DNA of 62,670 bases, the filler included, from Dimargaris cristalligena (taxonomy: Eukaryota): the NCBI GenBank assembly GCA_003614675.1. It is 6 parts of 6 records of this genome, joined end to end, with 100 filler letters (N's around TTAATTAATTAA, not from the genome) between each part and the next. Parts side by side here need not be neighbours in the genome. Positions count along the whole stretch, not along the records: positions 20,949 to 31,305 come from ML003192.1; positions 31,406 to 41,765 come from ML003193.1; 4 more parts are not named here. The stretch is one strand, 5' to 3'. Position numbers and translations under genes: made by a program. The notes under the pieces were generated by a model. The model was not told the DNA's origin, made no database searches, and saw only the letters and a program-made list of their open reading frames with translations. Of the stretch, positions 24,856-37,903 are shown piece after piece; the stretch's first letter is position 1, and the number at the start of each line of letters is the position of its first letter.

Positions 24856-25759
24856 GACGTAGAACTAGAGTATACAAAAGGGTAGAGTGTGGAGAGGGTG
24901 CTGAGGAATATAGTATACGAGAAACAAGAACCAGGGTGACTGAGGAGAGTGAGCGGAACAACGGGGTTTATATTGGGGAGGGTAAAACAGCACGTCGAAT
25001 AAGAGAGGTTATAAGTACTGATTAGAGGAGTAGGGGGGGGTGTGGGATGGGATAAGACGAGTGGGTGGGTGGGGGTGTATTACAAGGTACACCTCCTCCC
25101 CCAACCTTTCTCCGCGTCCAGCCGGTTGCAACGGTGAAGGGGAGACTCACCCGAGTGGGCGATATCAACCCGCTTGTGCAACGTGTTCGTCAGGCCAGCC
25201 CTTCGGAAGTAACCTAGTAACAGAGTGCGGTATTGCTGCGCCTTTGCTCTCGATGCTCGTCGACTGATCAACGGAACGGGGTGGGTTAGTCCCGCCGGAT
25301 TAACACGAAGATATAATGATAATAAATCAGGCAGCACTCTCTCTCTCGAACCCGTCTATAATTAAGCAGGGGCGTATTATATATATATATATAATGGGAA
25401 AGGGTGATGATGACATACCCCCTGGTATTATTGGCCACTCTATATGCGCATACAAATCCGATTTCCGCCGTTGGCATATATGGGCATCACGAGACCACTG
25501 CCACCACCAAATTGTACTGCCCACCAGCCAGTCGCCTGAACCGCAATGCCAAGCCTCGCTTACTGGCTTCCAAGCTTTCTTATATTTGCTCATAACTAAC
25601 TCCTTGCCCTCAGCCCTGACTGCCTCTTGGTTCTTCAACTACTCTACTCGTTGCTCTTGTTCTCTCCTTCGCTGATAATTCCCAATCCCTTGTCTCATCT
25701 AAACCCCTTCCCGTCTGTGCCAGTTCTTTACTCCACAAACCCCCCTCACCCAGTCGCAC

Positions 25760-26137
25760 ATGTCCACCATGGTCCTTACCAGTTCCGACATTATTCTCAT
25801 TCTAGTGGGCTTTATCTTCCCGCCTCTCGCCGCTGTGCTTAAGCGGGGCTGTCGCGCTGACTTCATTATCAACTGTGCCCTCACCATGCTCGGTTATGTG
25901 CCGGGGGTTATCCACGCCTGGTATCTCATCCTCAAGTACCCGGCCATCGCGGACTACCAGCTACCCACCCATGCCTATCCCCAATCGCCCCATGGCCAGG
26001 GTCACATTGTCGTGGTCACTCCGGGCTCCCAGTATGCGGCCGCTTCGTCCAGCCAGCAGCCCCACGACCCCCCGCCAAGCTACGGCAGCATTGCCCGCGA
26101 CGGAGGGGATGCCAAGCCCCAGGACCGCAAACCCTAA
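25760..26137 (+). CDS. Pmp3/Sna-family membrane proteolipid with C-terminal PY motif
   Basis: IFPPLAAVLKRGCRADFIINCALTMLGYVPGVIHAWY matches the Pmp3 pattern; the tail contains PPPSY, as in Sna3-type proteins. Confidence 0.9.
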   Translation: MSTMVLTSSDIILILVGFIFPPLAAVLKRGCRADFIINCALTMLGYVPGVIHAWYLILKYPAIADYQLPTHAYPQSPHGQGHIVVVTPGSQYAAASSSQQPHDPPPSYGSIARDGGDAKPQDRKP

Positions 26138-27381
26138 TTTCACCCGGTGCACAAGCCCCGCGGAGTCCAAGCCGCGTACAGTACTCTTCCCCTCTAACGT
26201 GGCCCATATAATAATAATACACGGGTTTCTCTGCTTTTGCCTAGTCACCCAGTTGTGCTGGCCCACTTCTCCCGCAAATAACATTAAACCTCGCTAATCG
26301 GTGGCCCGTTTCCGGCAGCTGTGGTATAATGTATTGGCAGGGACTAAACCTTCGGTGCAGCTGATTTTATGTTTGCTTTTGTTTAATTCGTCTCACCCTG
26401 GTGGCGTGCTTCTTTCTCTATTGCCTGTGCCATGATAGGGGAGTCTCTCGACGCGGGGCTGGAACGTTGCTATTCTTATGGGAGAATCACTCTGCCTCTA
26501 CTTCTCAATCCCTTCACCGAATCCCCCCAATATAGGTCGTTTGGCCATTTTATTTCATGTATCCTACAATCCCCTCTATACCCGAGCTTTACTTATTTCC
26601 CGTACATAAATATCGCGGCCTTTAGTTTCAATCTGGAGAATCACCCACCACCTTCCAATAAATTAGTTTGCTTTGTATTACCATTATCCATAATTCGTTT
26701 AAAACAGGAATGCGCCAGCGTCTGCATTTGTGATCAGCTATATATGTATGTATGTGTATATCTGTGCTGGCATAGGTCGCGTGTCATTATAGAGGCGAAA
26801 AATAAACTAGGGGGGAATGGGGCACGTCCTATTGTGATGACCAACCGGGTTACTGTTAAGGAAGCTATTGTTTGGGGTGGCTGGACTTGTCTTATTTTCT
26901 GGCACCTCTCGAAGTAGGCCAAACTGCCTCCCAAAATTCTACAGGTTAAACATCCCCCCCCTTTCGGGATCGGATATCAGCAATCATCGCAATTGTATGT
27001 CCAGCCAATAGGAGGCCACCATTATACCTGCAAGGGCTATTTTTTGTACTCCTTAGGCGCTTTATCAATACCAATGGCAAATTAGATTTTCAGTGAATGA
27101 AAAGCCCGTTCAACAACTGCCTCGGACCCATAGTCCTTTTCCCCCGTCCTTCAGCCATCCCCCCGCAAAGGACATCAATGTGTTGGCCCATATAACAACC
27201 CCCCCGCTTCTCCCCCTACCTAGACTACTGTCTCTTCTCATCCCCATTGCCCTATATATCAGTTGCCGTTTTATTGCATACCTTGTCCTCAGTAGTTATA
27301 TTTATCTTGTCGTATACTACGTGCCTCCATCCCACTCGTAACCCCTCTATTGGTACATCAATTTTCGCCCTCGAATTCGCC

Positions 27382-28572
27382 ATGCTGGCCAACAAGAAAC
27401 CAACCGCCGCCCCCGAGAACCCAGCCGTCCAGGATGCCTGTGATGGTCTCGCCCAGTTGAAGGTGACCAACGGTTCTACTCCCCGTGCCCTATTCTCTGC
27501 TGACCTTGTGTCCGAGGAAGTGCGCCAGCTCTTACCCACTAACTACACCATTCGCCCCCTTAATGAATCCGATTATGCCAAGGGCTTCTTGGACTGCTTG
27601 GCCCAATTGACCGTCGTTGGCGACGTTTCAGTTGAACTATTCAAAGGTAAGCATCCTTTGTCCAGCGTGGATTGTGCCGTAGGGCCCTGTCTGGATAGAA
27701 TAGCAATGAACCTCAATCGAGTGCTATTCTAGCATTGACCATCCAATGGACTCCCTCAGCTACCCATCCCGCCCCTAAGTCCGTTCTATCCAACCGAGCC
27801 CTGGCTTGTGTCACCCTTAGTCGACCAACTGAATGAACGTCCCCCACAGCCCCACCGGCCCCGCTTATTGACCCTTGTCCTAGTCCAAACAAGGCGACCC
27901 CCTATCACCGACCTTCATTTGGTATTCGACGCTCAGCAGATACCATTATATTGGGAACGAGCCTTTCTAACCATCATCTCCTATACCTCGTATTGAAATC
28001 TCTAAAATGGGTCGACATCGCATGGCCCTCTTCATTATTTCACTGCACTCGTATAGAAACGTTCGAGGCGATGCTGCAACAGAAGTCCAATTATGTTGTT
28101 GTGATCGAGGACCTTGATCGCTCCCAGGTGGTAGCTGCCGGCACCCTAGTTTTGGAACGGAAATTCATCCGCGGCTGTGGCAAGGTAAGGTCTATTTCCC
28201 TCTGTAACACCGAGTACCTCTTTAGATAAACCAAATATGGAACTGTGCACTACTTACAAGAAAAACGTTGATTACAAGCCCTATTTACTAACCTAACGAC
28301 TTGAGATTTAACATGTAATATACCTACTGAATATCTACCTCTAGATTGGTCATATCGAGGATATCGTGGTTTCGTCCACCGAGCGCGGTAAGCGCCTGGG
28401 AATCCATATGATCCAGCAGCTCAAGCACATTGCCCGGGAAATTGGCTGTTACAAGGTTATTCTTAACTGCGCCGAAAAGAACATCGCCTTTTACGAAAAG
28501 TGCGGCCTTGTCGTCAAAGATGTTCAAATGACCGAGTATTTCACTCCCTCTGTGCCCAAAACTAGTTTGTAG
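27382..28572 (+). CDS. GNA1: Glucosamine-6-phosphate N-acetyltransferase; exons 27382-27646, 28057-28184, 28345-28572
   Basis: IRPLNESDYAKGFLDCLAQLTVVG, GTLVLERKFIRGCGK/IGHIEDIVV, RGKRLG, GCYKVILNC, FYEKCG; in-frame GT-AG introns. Confidence 0.95.
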
Positions 28573-29709
28573 GCAGACCGGGCAATGGTCGTAGTGCTTC
28601 TATTTGTATTCCTATTAGGAAAAATGTGGCATAGAATCCTATTTATTTAAATCTAGTGAATAATGAGGCTTTGGTTTGCCTTGACAGGGTTATAACCTAA
28701 ACAGGCATATTACGCACCCTATTACCCCATCTATCTATTTTCTTTAGTATCTCAACTAGAGGGACTAGCCATCCTTCATTTTTGTCTCTACGTTATAGTC
28801 AGTCCAACATATACCCGATGGTGCACCTATTGTACTTCTTTTGGCAGACCTAATTGGCTGCTCCAGTTTCCATCTACTTACTATCCCTCTTGAATCACTA
28901 CTATTCAATCCAGTCTTATAAATTAGTACTCAACCACCTACCCGCCGGACTGTTATTTCTTTTTGAATGAAATCATTTTTAACCCCCGCGAAAAGTTCTG
29001 GTCAAATGTTTGGTAATTTCGTAGCCATCAATTGTCAACAGCATTCCTGTAAATCAAGGTCTGTGGTAAAAGGCGCCGTAGTATATGAATCTCATCAGCA
29101 GTGTCGATAAAACGGGAAACCTCTGTAGTACGATAATGGTATAAAAAGTAAAATCCCAACTCATGCGAGCTAGAGCCATTTATCAATTATTTCAGGGCAA
29201 CAGGCCTGGTACGGCAAGTGGCGCTGAAAGGGCCACCAAAAGCCCCGGAACCTTTCCAACGTGATTGAGTGTGATAAGGAAAACGGCTGGAATGTATCCT
29301 AACTGCAAGTATGGCTGAGTGGTCCCTCATCAAAGTGATTAAACCGGCACTGACCACTTGTGAAGTACTGGATTACCATCAAACGCACATGTGATGTTTA
29401 TGAAGTTTACGGAAATGTGACTGCGCTCTGTGCTAGTACTTTGATCTTTGATTCCATAGGCAAAGCGACCTTGTATCGCCTGCATGGGCCTCATCAGCAG
29501 CGGGTCGCCCATTTCTAGACTTTGAAAGAAGTGGCTTGACAAGCATATAAAAAGCAGCCCTCGCCTCCCCCAATGGATTCTTCAGTCCGAGTTGAATCAT
29601 TCCATCATCACTACAGCCCACCCTATTCCCTCTAAGCCGCTTCAATTCCCAATCCTATTACTTTTACTACACTTTTTTCTTTTCACTCCCTACCCATCCC
29701 ACCACCACC

Positions 29710-30735
29710 ATGGCCTGCCTCCGCTCTAACAAAATCACCCTCTGCGTCACCTCCTGCGACCAGTGGATCGGCTTCAGCTTCTGCTATGGGATGCTGCATG
29801 GCAAGGCCCGCGACTGTATCGAGAGAATCTACTGTGGTGTGACCGATGAGAACCGCGAGTGGGCCAAGATGCTCCGCAAGGAGGACCGTGTGCACCTGTT
29901 CAAGTACAGCGAGGATCACATGCAGGATATCGGCAAGCACTTCAAGGAAGCTGATGCCGTGATCCTGGTGCCCGTCCACCAGCACCTCTCCCAGTCCGGC
30001 GAACAGCATGTTCCCAAACTGTGGAAGTGTTTCCTGGAGTGCGCCATGGAAGTCCAGGTGCGGTGCCTGACCATGCTGTCGGTGCTTAATCTCGACAAGG
30101 CCGAGGGCCAGCACCTGAAGATGCTCCACCACATGGAGAAAATGTTCAAGGAGTGCATCGAGGGAGGCGGCCACGGCCAGCACCGTGGTCACCAGATGCA
30201 CGGCCTGGTCCTCCGGATGGCCCTGCCCATGGAACACCTGTACTTCTTCCAGGACCGCATCCAGGGTGAGAGCCAGATCCCCCTACCCCTCAAGGACCAT
30301 AAGTTTGCCCCCATGGCCATGTTCGACTTGGCCACCGGGTACCTGCGTCTGGTGGGTAAGCACATGAAGCAACATGAGGTAATCTGCGGTGTTGATGAGC
30401 AGGATATCTGGCTGTCCAAGGGCAAGATGCACCTAATCTGTGCCACGGGCCCTGAGAAGGTGACCGGCAAATGTATTGCCGAGGAGGCCAGCAGTGCCCT
30501 GGACACCAAGTTCGAGTTCAAGCGCATTTCCATGGACGAGCTCAAGCACTGCCTCAAGGAACACGGCTACCTGCGTGAGGAGGAGATTTCATGTATGGTG
30601 GAGATTTTTGAGCACATCAACAAGGGCCACATGGATGAAGTGACCAAGGACCTCGAGAAGATGCTGGGCCACAAGCCCACCACAGTCAAGCAGTTCTTCC
30701 AGCACTACGAGAAGGACTTTACGCCCAAGTATTAG
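29710..30735 (+). CDS. NmrA-like / atypical SDR NAD(P)-binding Rossmann-fold protein, His/Cys/Met-rich
   Basis: ADAVILVP, LPLKDHKFAPMAMFDLA, TGPEKVTGKCIAEEAS, VTKDLEKMLGHKPTTVKQFF are typical NmrA-like segments; strong codon bias; TATAAAAA upstream at ~29547. Confidence 0.75.
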   Translation: MACLRSNKITLCVTSCDQWIGFSFCYGMLHGKARDCIERIYCGVTDENREWAKMLRKEDRVHLFKYSEDHMQDIGKHFKEADAVILVPVHQHLSQSGEQHVPKLWKCFLECAMEVQVRCLTMLSVLNLDKAEGQHLKMLHHMEKMFKECIEGGGHGQHRGHQMHGLVLRMALPMEHLYFFQDRIQGESQIPLPLKDHKFAPMAMFDLATGYLRLVGKHMKQHEVICGVDEQDIWLSKGKMHLICATGPEKVTGKCIAEEASSALDTKFEFKRISMDELKHCLKEHGYLREEEISCMVEIFEHINKGHMDEVTKDLEKMLGHKPTTVKQFFQHYEKDFTPKY

Positions 30736-31305
30736 GCAGATGTAGTGTGATGATCTTATTGACTTGGGTATACCGGGTGACGGCCATATCATGTTGCGTC
30801 CCAAAACTACTCATTACTTTGCTATCTAGCTCATTTTACACGATTACCTGGGGCATTTATCCTACGGTTTGTTGCATGTAGCCTTGCTTAATCATTCATG
30901 ACCTTTTGTAGGTATGTTTTCGACAATAAATTTCACATGATTCTAATGAGTATATCTGTGTATTAGCCTGTGTTTTACATTGGGAGCAGATTAATCCTGT
31001 GAAACTGTTCTACTATTACTTGAAGTGCTCCAGATGATATCTGATAATAATAGTGGTTTATGAGTTCTTGTTATTCTTTACCGACTTTGGAAAGTCTAGT
31101 TGCTGCCAAACACCCACATGTAGTGGACTGTGCATACTAATAAAATGTCGTTTTGCAGCTGTCGCCCCTCCTAATCCGTCCTAACCCAACTGATATGACC
31201 GCCGTCATATCAGGCCGTATAGCGCCATAGTATACCCCCCGGCCCTAACCAGGCCGAACATCATTGATAGCCCCTTAACCGGCCAGGCCTCCCAGAGTTC
31301 GCACT

Positions 31306-31405
31306 NNNNNNNNNNNNNNNNNNNNNNNNNNNNNNNNNNNNNNNNNNNNTTAATTAATTAANNNNNNNNNNNNNNNNNNNNNNNNNNNNNNNNNNNNNNN
31401 NNNNN
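31306..31405. other. Artificial contig linker
   Basis: N-TTAATTAATTAA-N spacer. Confidence 0.98.
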
Positions 31406-34400
31406 ATAGAGACTGGGAAATGGAAGGCACGGATACCTTACTGGTGAAGGAGAAATTAAGGGCTGTGGTGGGGGAGTGAACCTTGGGACCCGTCGCGGCT
31501 ACAGCGGGTGCTACGCTTAGGGCGAGTGGGGCGGGCCTGGCCATTCCATTGAGGGGTTGCGTGGCCGTACTACCCGAGGACCGATGGAGACCTAGGGGCG
31601 ACCCCCCCCGCGTCGCCGGAAATGGACGGAACCGGTGATGATGCCGAGGAAGCGGACGAAGCCGTCGACACGAGGGTGTTTTTGACGGCCGTGGCCAGGG
31701 GGGGTATAGACTGACCCAGTTTGGTCATGAACAATTTGTCATTAAGGCTAAAGCTCCGTTTCAGAGGTTTATGAACCAGGATGTTCGTTAAACTGTTCAG
31801 CGTCATACCGGCCTTTTCCGGCCCGGGACCCGAATTTCCTGACCGGCCGTCTCGATCGGGACCATGGGCGGAGGGTTCTTCAACTTCCATATTAACCCGC
31901 CGGGTTTTCGCGTCCAGTAGTGAGCTGAGAGAGGCTTCGTGGTTGTAAACGGCCTGCAGGATCCGCTCAATAGCGAGCAATTGGTCGAACGTGGTCTGGA
32001 TTTGATCGTACCCCCAAAGACGGCTAATGGTGCAGAAAGTGCTAATAACCTAATCGGTCGGACATTTTGGAGGTATCCGGGCACCGGTTATTGATTAAGG
32101 GTCAAGCGAAAAAGGGGGTAATGCTGACAAGTTAGTTGACGAAGGCCTGGTAAAAGTGGCATAGGATGTTAGGCTATATGGCGACCGCTGGATCAAGTGA
32201 AGAGTGTAAGGAATATATCGGACCTACCTGGTTAAACGGCATATAATTCGGCTTGTCAATCACGTGGGATTCGTACAGCTGAATGAAAATATCAAAGTAG
32301 AGCCCCACCAGAGGAGCTACATCGGACTCCCAGCTATTGGGTTCCAGGTACTTGGCCGCATTTTCCAGAAACGTCATGAGTCGCTGACTGGCCCACCACT
32401 GTTCGATTGAACCCGTTGGTTGCGCCTGGACGTAGGTCAATACCCGCTGGAGCGTGACTTTCAGACCAGCATTAAACTCCTCGGCGACAAGTTCGGGTGA
32501 CAGAATAGTTTGGAACTGCACAAAGGTGACCAGGGTAATAGTGCATGTGTAAATGGGCCAATAATTGTTTATAGAAAATTAGCTACAGGGTACCGGCTAG
32601 CTATGTACTGTATAGTCCAGGACAGGTAAACCATTGAAGATGTCACTTGATGGTTTCATGAATCTTATTCGAATACCAGTTTGATCAATGTCCCATGGCC
32701 TACATTTCAGAGCTGAATTGAACATTATTGAATAGGTAAGAGTAACTTACCTCAAGCAGTAGAGATACCAAGGCAGCGAGACCAGGAAGGTCCGCTGGCC
32801 GGTTTCGTTCTATAATACCGTCAATAAACGCCACCAATCGATTAAATTGGGCCAGTGTAAAGACGCCGTCAAAACGCAATACCAACGAATGAAAGACCTG
32901 GGCCACGAGACCAACTGCGGCTGGGGTTTTGGTGACCACCATCAGCAGTTGCCGAATCAGGTGCTTGGAACAGAGGATGGGCCCCAGGACATGGCAGATG
33001 GCGTCCAAAGCCTGGACAAGGGTGGTGTGCACTACGGCGACTGAAGAGTCCAAAGAGGATACAATCGATGCTGGACGTTCGGTTTCGGGGGGGTCGTGAA
33101 CGCCGGTTTTATTATGCCCGGCCTCTTCCGAATCGGGGCGCAAATCCGGGTTCGAAGTAAAAGGGTCAGCAGGGCGGAACGGCTGGGCCAGTGGATTATA
33201 CGGGTTTTCGATTAGAATGGTAGCCGAGGGAGGGGGGTCGTTCGAAATCGCCCCATCAGGATCACGGTAGCGTACGATGCTGGCATTATGGAATAAATCC
33301 AGATAGCAGCCCAGGAGTTGCTGAACGAACGTAAGGGGGCCGAACGTCTGCACCAACATGTCAACCGTTTTAGCATCCGCCATAATTGCCAGGGTATCTT
33401 GGTCGGGATTTTCGAACCAGGTTAAAAAGAGCTTGAGGAGGGTATGCCGACAGCGGGTTCGGTCGACCCATTTGGTCACATGGGGCAGTAGACGGACGAC
33501 CCGGACACGGGTAGTCGGTTCGGTGAGCATCTCGACAAACACAGGCAATACGAGACCCATACCGGTGTCGTCGAGGTACTCCAGCACGGGGAGAATACGC
33601 TTCGTGGTTTCGACAATGGGCTGGGCGTGATCGGAGAGACCGCTTTGCTGTTTATATTCGGCTAGAAATTGGTATACGTTAGGCATCCAACTAGGGACAG
33701 CTAACGTAGCCCCGGGAACTTTGGGCGGGAGTACTGATTCCATCTCATTGAGTACCTGGTCAATAGTCGGCCGGTCCGCCCAGTCCGGGGCGAACATGGC
33801 AAACAGGGATCCGCTCAGAGGAATATCATGGACCTTGGCCCGATGAAAATGGGCGGCGAAGGCGGCGCGGGGAAACAAATACTGGACCAAAGCCCCGAAG
33901 GCCAAGACATCCCGGGCCTGGCCGTGGGCCACTGAAATAAACGTATCGGACGGGGCCCCGTTGGGCGATTGTGGAACGGGAATGGGGGGATAAGTGCTGC
34001 GCAAAGGGATAGTGAGGGTCGGCTTCCCGGGATTATCGGACGGGCTTTCCTCGGCATCGAAACCCGACCGGTCCTCAGAGGGGAAGTATTTGGACTCGAA
34101 CCGTAGAACCTGCTCCAGGTGCAATAGGCTCTGACTGAATGAGTCCTGCGGAGAAAGCCCCTGGAGGATGATGGGTTCGGAATTGTCCATAAATGTAACT
34201 AAATTAAGCGCATTGTCGGGAAGTTGGCTAATACGAGCTAGATCACTGGCAGACGACATGGGCGGACCGGTATCAAGGGCGAGGGGAGCCGATCCAGGGA
34301 CCGTATGGGATCCACCAGATGTGGATCCCCCCGTCACTGGGGCTCCAGTATTAGAGCCGCTGGGCGGGACTCCCGCTGAAGACGTCGTCGAATGGAACCG

Positions 34401-37122
34401 TTCCCCGGTCGACCGGTAATCGGTATCCCCCATTGTTGGATCCAAGCCGATGGGTGAAGTTTGATTAGATACCATGAGGGCCGAGAACGACTCCCCCCCG
34501 GGCGCTGACGGGAGAAAAGGTGGGTATTGTGGGGATGGTATCAAGATCCGATACGGTGGCGATCGGGGTAGCTAACAGCGCCTGGTCAAGCGGTACCACT
34601 GTGGTAAGTCTCGGAGTTCGGATGGAGGTGCTTGGACTGGCGGAACGAATCGGGTCGGCCAATGTACGGGCCCCTGTCCCAGACACACCAGGGATATTGG
34701 GAATGGATTCGCCTTCGGCCATAGAAGATACCGAGGTTGAGGCTAAGAGCTGATTCTGAATACCCTCACCGGACCACATAATCGAATGGTCTAAACTGAC
34801 GTGTGGAGAGGTGGTGAAGTACTGTTCGTCCAGTCCCAACGAATAAGTGGACGGGAATCGTTCAATGGGTTTAGGGGACTGGGCTAGCTCAATACAACTG
34901 GAGTCCGAACTCTGACTCAAGCCTGCCCCACCGGCGCCATGATCGGTGGACATCCACGGCGGACGGGGACTATGGGCAGTCGGTCCGGAGGGCGGGGTTT
35001 GCGAAGGCGGGGCCACGACCAACCGGGAAAATTTAGGGGGATGGGGTTCAAAGAAAATTTGTTTAACCCCGTGCTTACGGAACGTGGGTTGGTTGGTCTC
35101 CACGAGAGGCAGGGCCACATTTTTGGCACGCACCGCCGCCTCTCCGGTCAGATTATAACCAAAGGTGAGGTCAATCCACGTGTGTAGCCGGCTGGAAACA
35201 TGGTCACTCTCCAGGGCCGCGGCGTGCTGGGCGATGAAATCTTCGGGCGACGTGGCCCAGTTGGGGAGTTGTAGGTCCGGCATATCCAGATGAATCGATC
35301 GGAACAACCCGGGATCAGTGTAGAATTCGGGAATACACTCGTCGGGGGTCCAGTCGTAGAGGCGGGCCAGAGACTTAGGGTATTCGTGGGGCTCGTAGAT
35401 GGATCGGACAAATTGGCACAGGACGGCGACGGGCGTACGGCGGGCCGTGTATACGAAAAAGGTAATGTCGGACAAGATATCCGAAATGTGGTGTGGAGTG
35501 GGGCCTTCGAAGGTAAAATCCAACTGCTCGTCCCCTTTATTGATACGAAACTTGGTTTTGCTAAAGTCCCGCCAGTGGCCCACTATGCTATCCCCGGTAA
35601 AGTCGGTGATCCAGGGCAGAATAGGGTAGAAATTGGGGTCCCCCACGCGGCGCCCGGCGTAGTGATTGAGCAGCATCAAGTACTGGAAATTGGATATTTG
35701 GCCCTGGGTCCAGAGACTAACCGGATGGGTCGGCGGGGGGGACCGCACGAGATGCAGTGGGGGTGATGAACCCCGAATTTCGGGGAGTCGGCTCGGGATG
35801 GGGGCCAAATCTCGAAGGTGAACCCAGCTATGCTCGTCCACCCAAATGTGGGCGGAATCCAGGTGCCCGAGGTAGGCCCCCCGGTGGTGTAGGGCGGCTA
35901 ACGATCGAGCCACTTGGTATAGAATAAAGGTTCGACGTGAGTCTTGCTCAACGAATTTGGCCGAAAAATTTAGCATATCGGCTAAACTCACGGCATGGTG
36001 GTGGTACAAAACAAAGTGGGCGGTTGGCCCTTCAATGACACAGAGCGGTGTGCCAAAATTGGAAGCCTCCGGGAATGCAAGTGGCGGTTTGATGTTGGGT
36101 TCCCCTAAGGATAATGGCTCAAGGACAAGCGTCTGATCGGACGCATCAACAGTTAAGGACTCGGAGGACACGCTTTGGGAGGGGTGGGGTGGGTCCCGAA
36201 TACGGAAAAAGGGCCGGTGGGCGAAGAGGTCGCGCAAAAAATGGTGGAAATTCCCGGCCAGGGACATAGATTTAGCCACGGATTTGGAGGCCGCCTTCGT
36301 CGGTGGGCTTGGGTGGCCGTGAACCCCCTCAAGGAATGCTTTGGCATGCTGGGGCAACAATGGTTCGGCAGTCTGGTGTAGAGATGGCCGGGGTTGATTA
36401 GGAGTGATGGTGGGCTCCGATGAGCCAGGCGAAGGTGGTGGTTGAACCTTGGGAAACACCGCAATATCAATGGCCGCAAATGAAAATCGAGGCCGTTTGC
36501 CGGAGGAAGCCTCGGGGCCTGTGGGCTTGGCTGATGGATAAGGCCACTGAAATCGGGACAGCTCGGTTAATTGGCTCATTGAGGTGGTCGGGGTTTGGGC
36601 CATTGGTGCTTCACCCGGCGACGGTGGTGCGTCACTTGGGGAATTGCTTGGGGGCCGAAGCAGTAATTTTTCGAGCCATCCATTCTCGACCTAAGGAAGT
36701 TAATTAGTAAAATACAGATAGGTAGAATGGGCCGGCCGGCAAGAGGTCTGTTAGGGGTGTTGCAGAGCCAGGCAAGGCTTTAACGATAGGTAAGAACAAG
36801 CAGTGGCTGGTTGGACTTTACCCCAAGCTTAATAAAAGGGAGTAGCCGGAATAGCAGTGTCAGGGCGACCAGTCACCAAGCCAGCCTTCAGTCACTGTGA
36901 CGGCCTCAACATTGCGTAGGTCGACTGCCACATTGTGGCGAGGAAGCCAGGCTCAGTTGCTCACCTGGAGCCACTTCCAAACAACTGGATGGGTTTGAGT
37001 ATACTTACAACAGCACACACTGAGATGGGAAGGTCATCGGAGCGAACTGAGTTGTATACGAATGCCACGTCGATGCCCAATTGGTTTTCGACGAGCTCCG
37101 CTAGGGACGAGGTTTGGGCCAT
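31406..37122 (-). CDS. WDR81: WDR81-like pseudokinase-BEACH protein, 3'-truncated by the contig end; exon 1 37122-37009, exon 2 from 36690; frame change near 34500
   Basis: FILYQVARSLAALHHRG (pseudokinase), WTQGQISNFQYLMLLNHYAGRRVGDPNFYPILPWITDF, KFRINKGDEQLDFTF, YEPHEYP, WTPDECIPEFY, LHTWIDLTFGY; exon 1 LAELVENQLGID resembles the WDR81 N-terminus. Confidence 0.85.
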
Positions 37123-37903
37123 GGCTAATACTTTCCCCTGGGGAAACGATAAAAAACTGACGTTTACGGACAAATATGTTGAGAGAAAGTAGTGAATTGG
37201 CCAAAGGAACTGTTCTAAAGAGGGAGCAGTGTGTAATAGCGGAAAAGAAGGACGCTTGGCCCTGGCTCAGGGTCTATAGCGCGACATCTCGTATCACCCG
37301 TGCATGGCATAATGAGCCCACCTCGGCTTCTGAGGGATTCTATTTTCGCAGGCCTTGTTTGCCAGCTACGTATCACCTACCCTTGGGCCTATTCAGCGTC
37401 TCTGGGAGAGTGACTAAGCAGCTAGACTAACATTTTCAGAAGGGACCCCCTTTGGTGACACCAGTCTAACGTGGGTTGCTATAATTGGTGATTGGCAAGT
37501 AATATAGAGTAGTAGTATTAGCCACTACGCCCATTAGGGGCGCTTGCAATACATATAGGGTAAAGTAGGGAGTAGCTACTGAGGTGTAAATACAAAAAAC
37601 CCATCGGAGTTACGCCTAACCGAGTCCTCGTTACAGCGGTATATTATAGGCCAGTTGGCTTTACATTTCCAACAGGGCGTAGAAATAAAAGGCAGTAGCT
37701 CAGTTTGGAGGAGCGTCGGCCAGGTATTATAGCACCCACAACCGCTCGAAATAGTACATCCTCAGCTCGCTCAAAGGGTACCCCATTCTCTAGTATTCCC
37801 ATTTACACTTTCTCCCTCATCTGGCTTGAGACAACAGCGCACCATTCTCTAACGCCTTACATCTGCAACCCAAACCGGCCGCTGAAGTCGAACTACGTCT
37901 GCG

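Noticed and set aside
23431..24885. Long plus-strand ORFs (336 aa, 143 aa) opposite gpmI
   Set aside because: Antisense shadows caused by C/G-ending codon bias; the same applies to ORFs opposite RPS25, the nucleotidase, the NmrA-like gene and WDR81.
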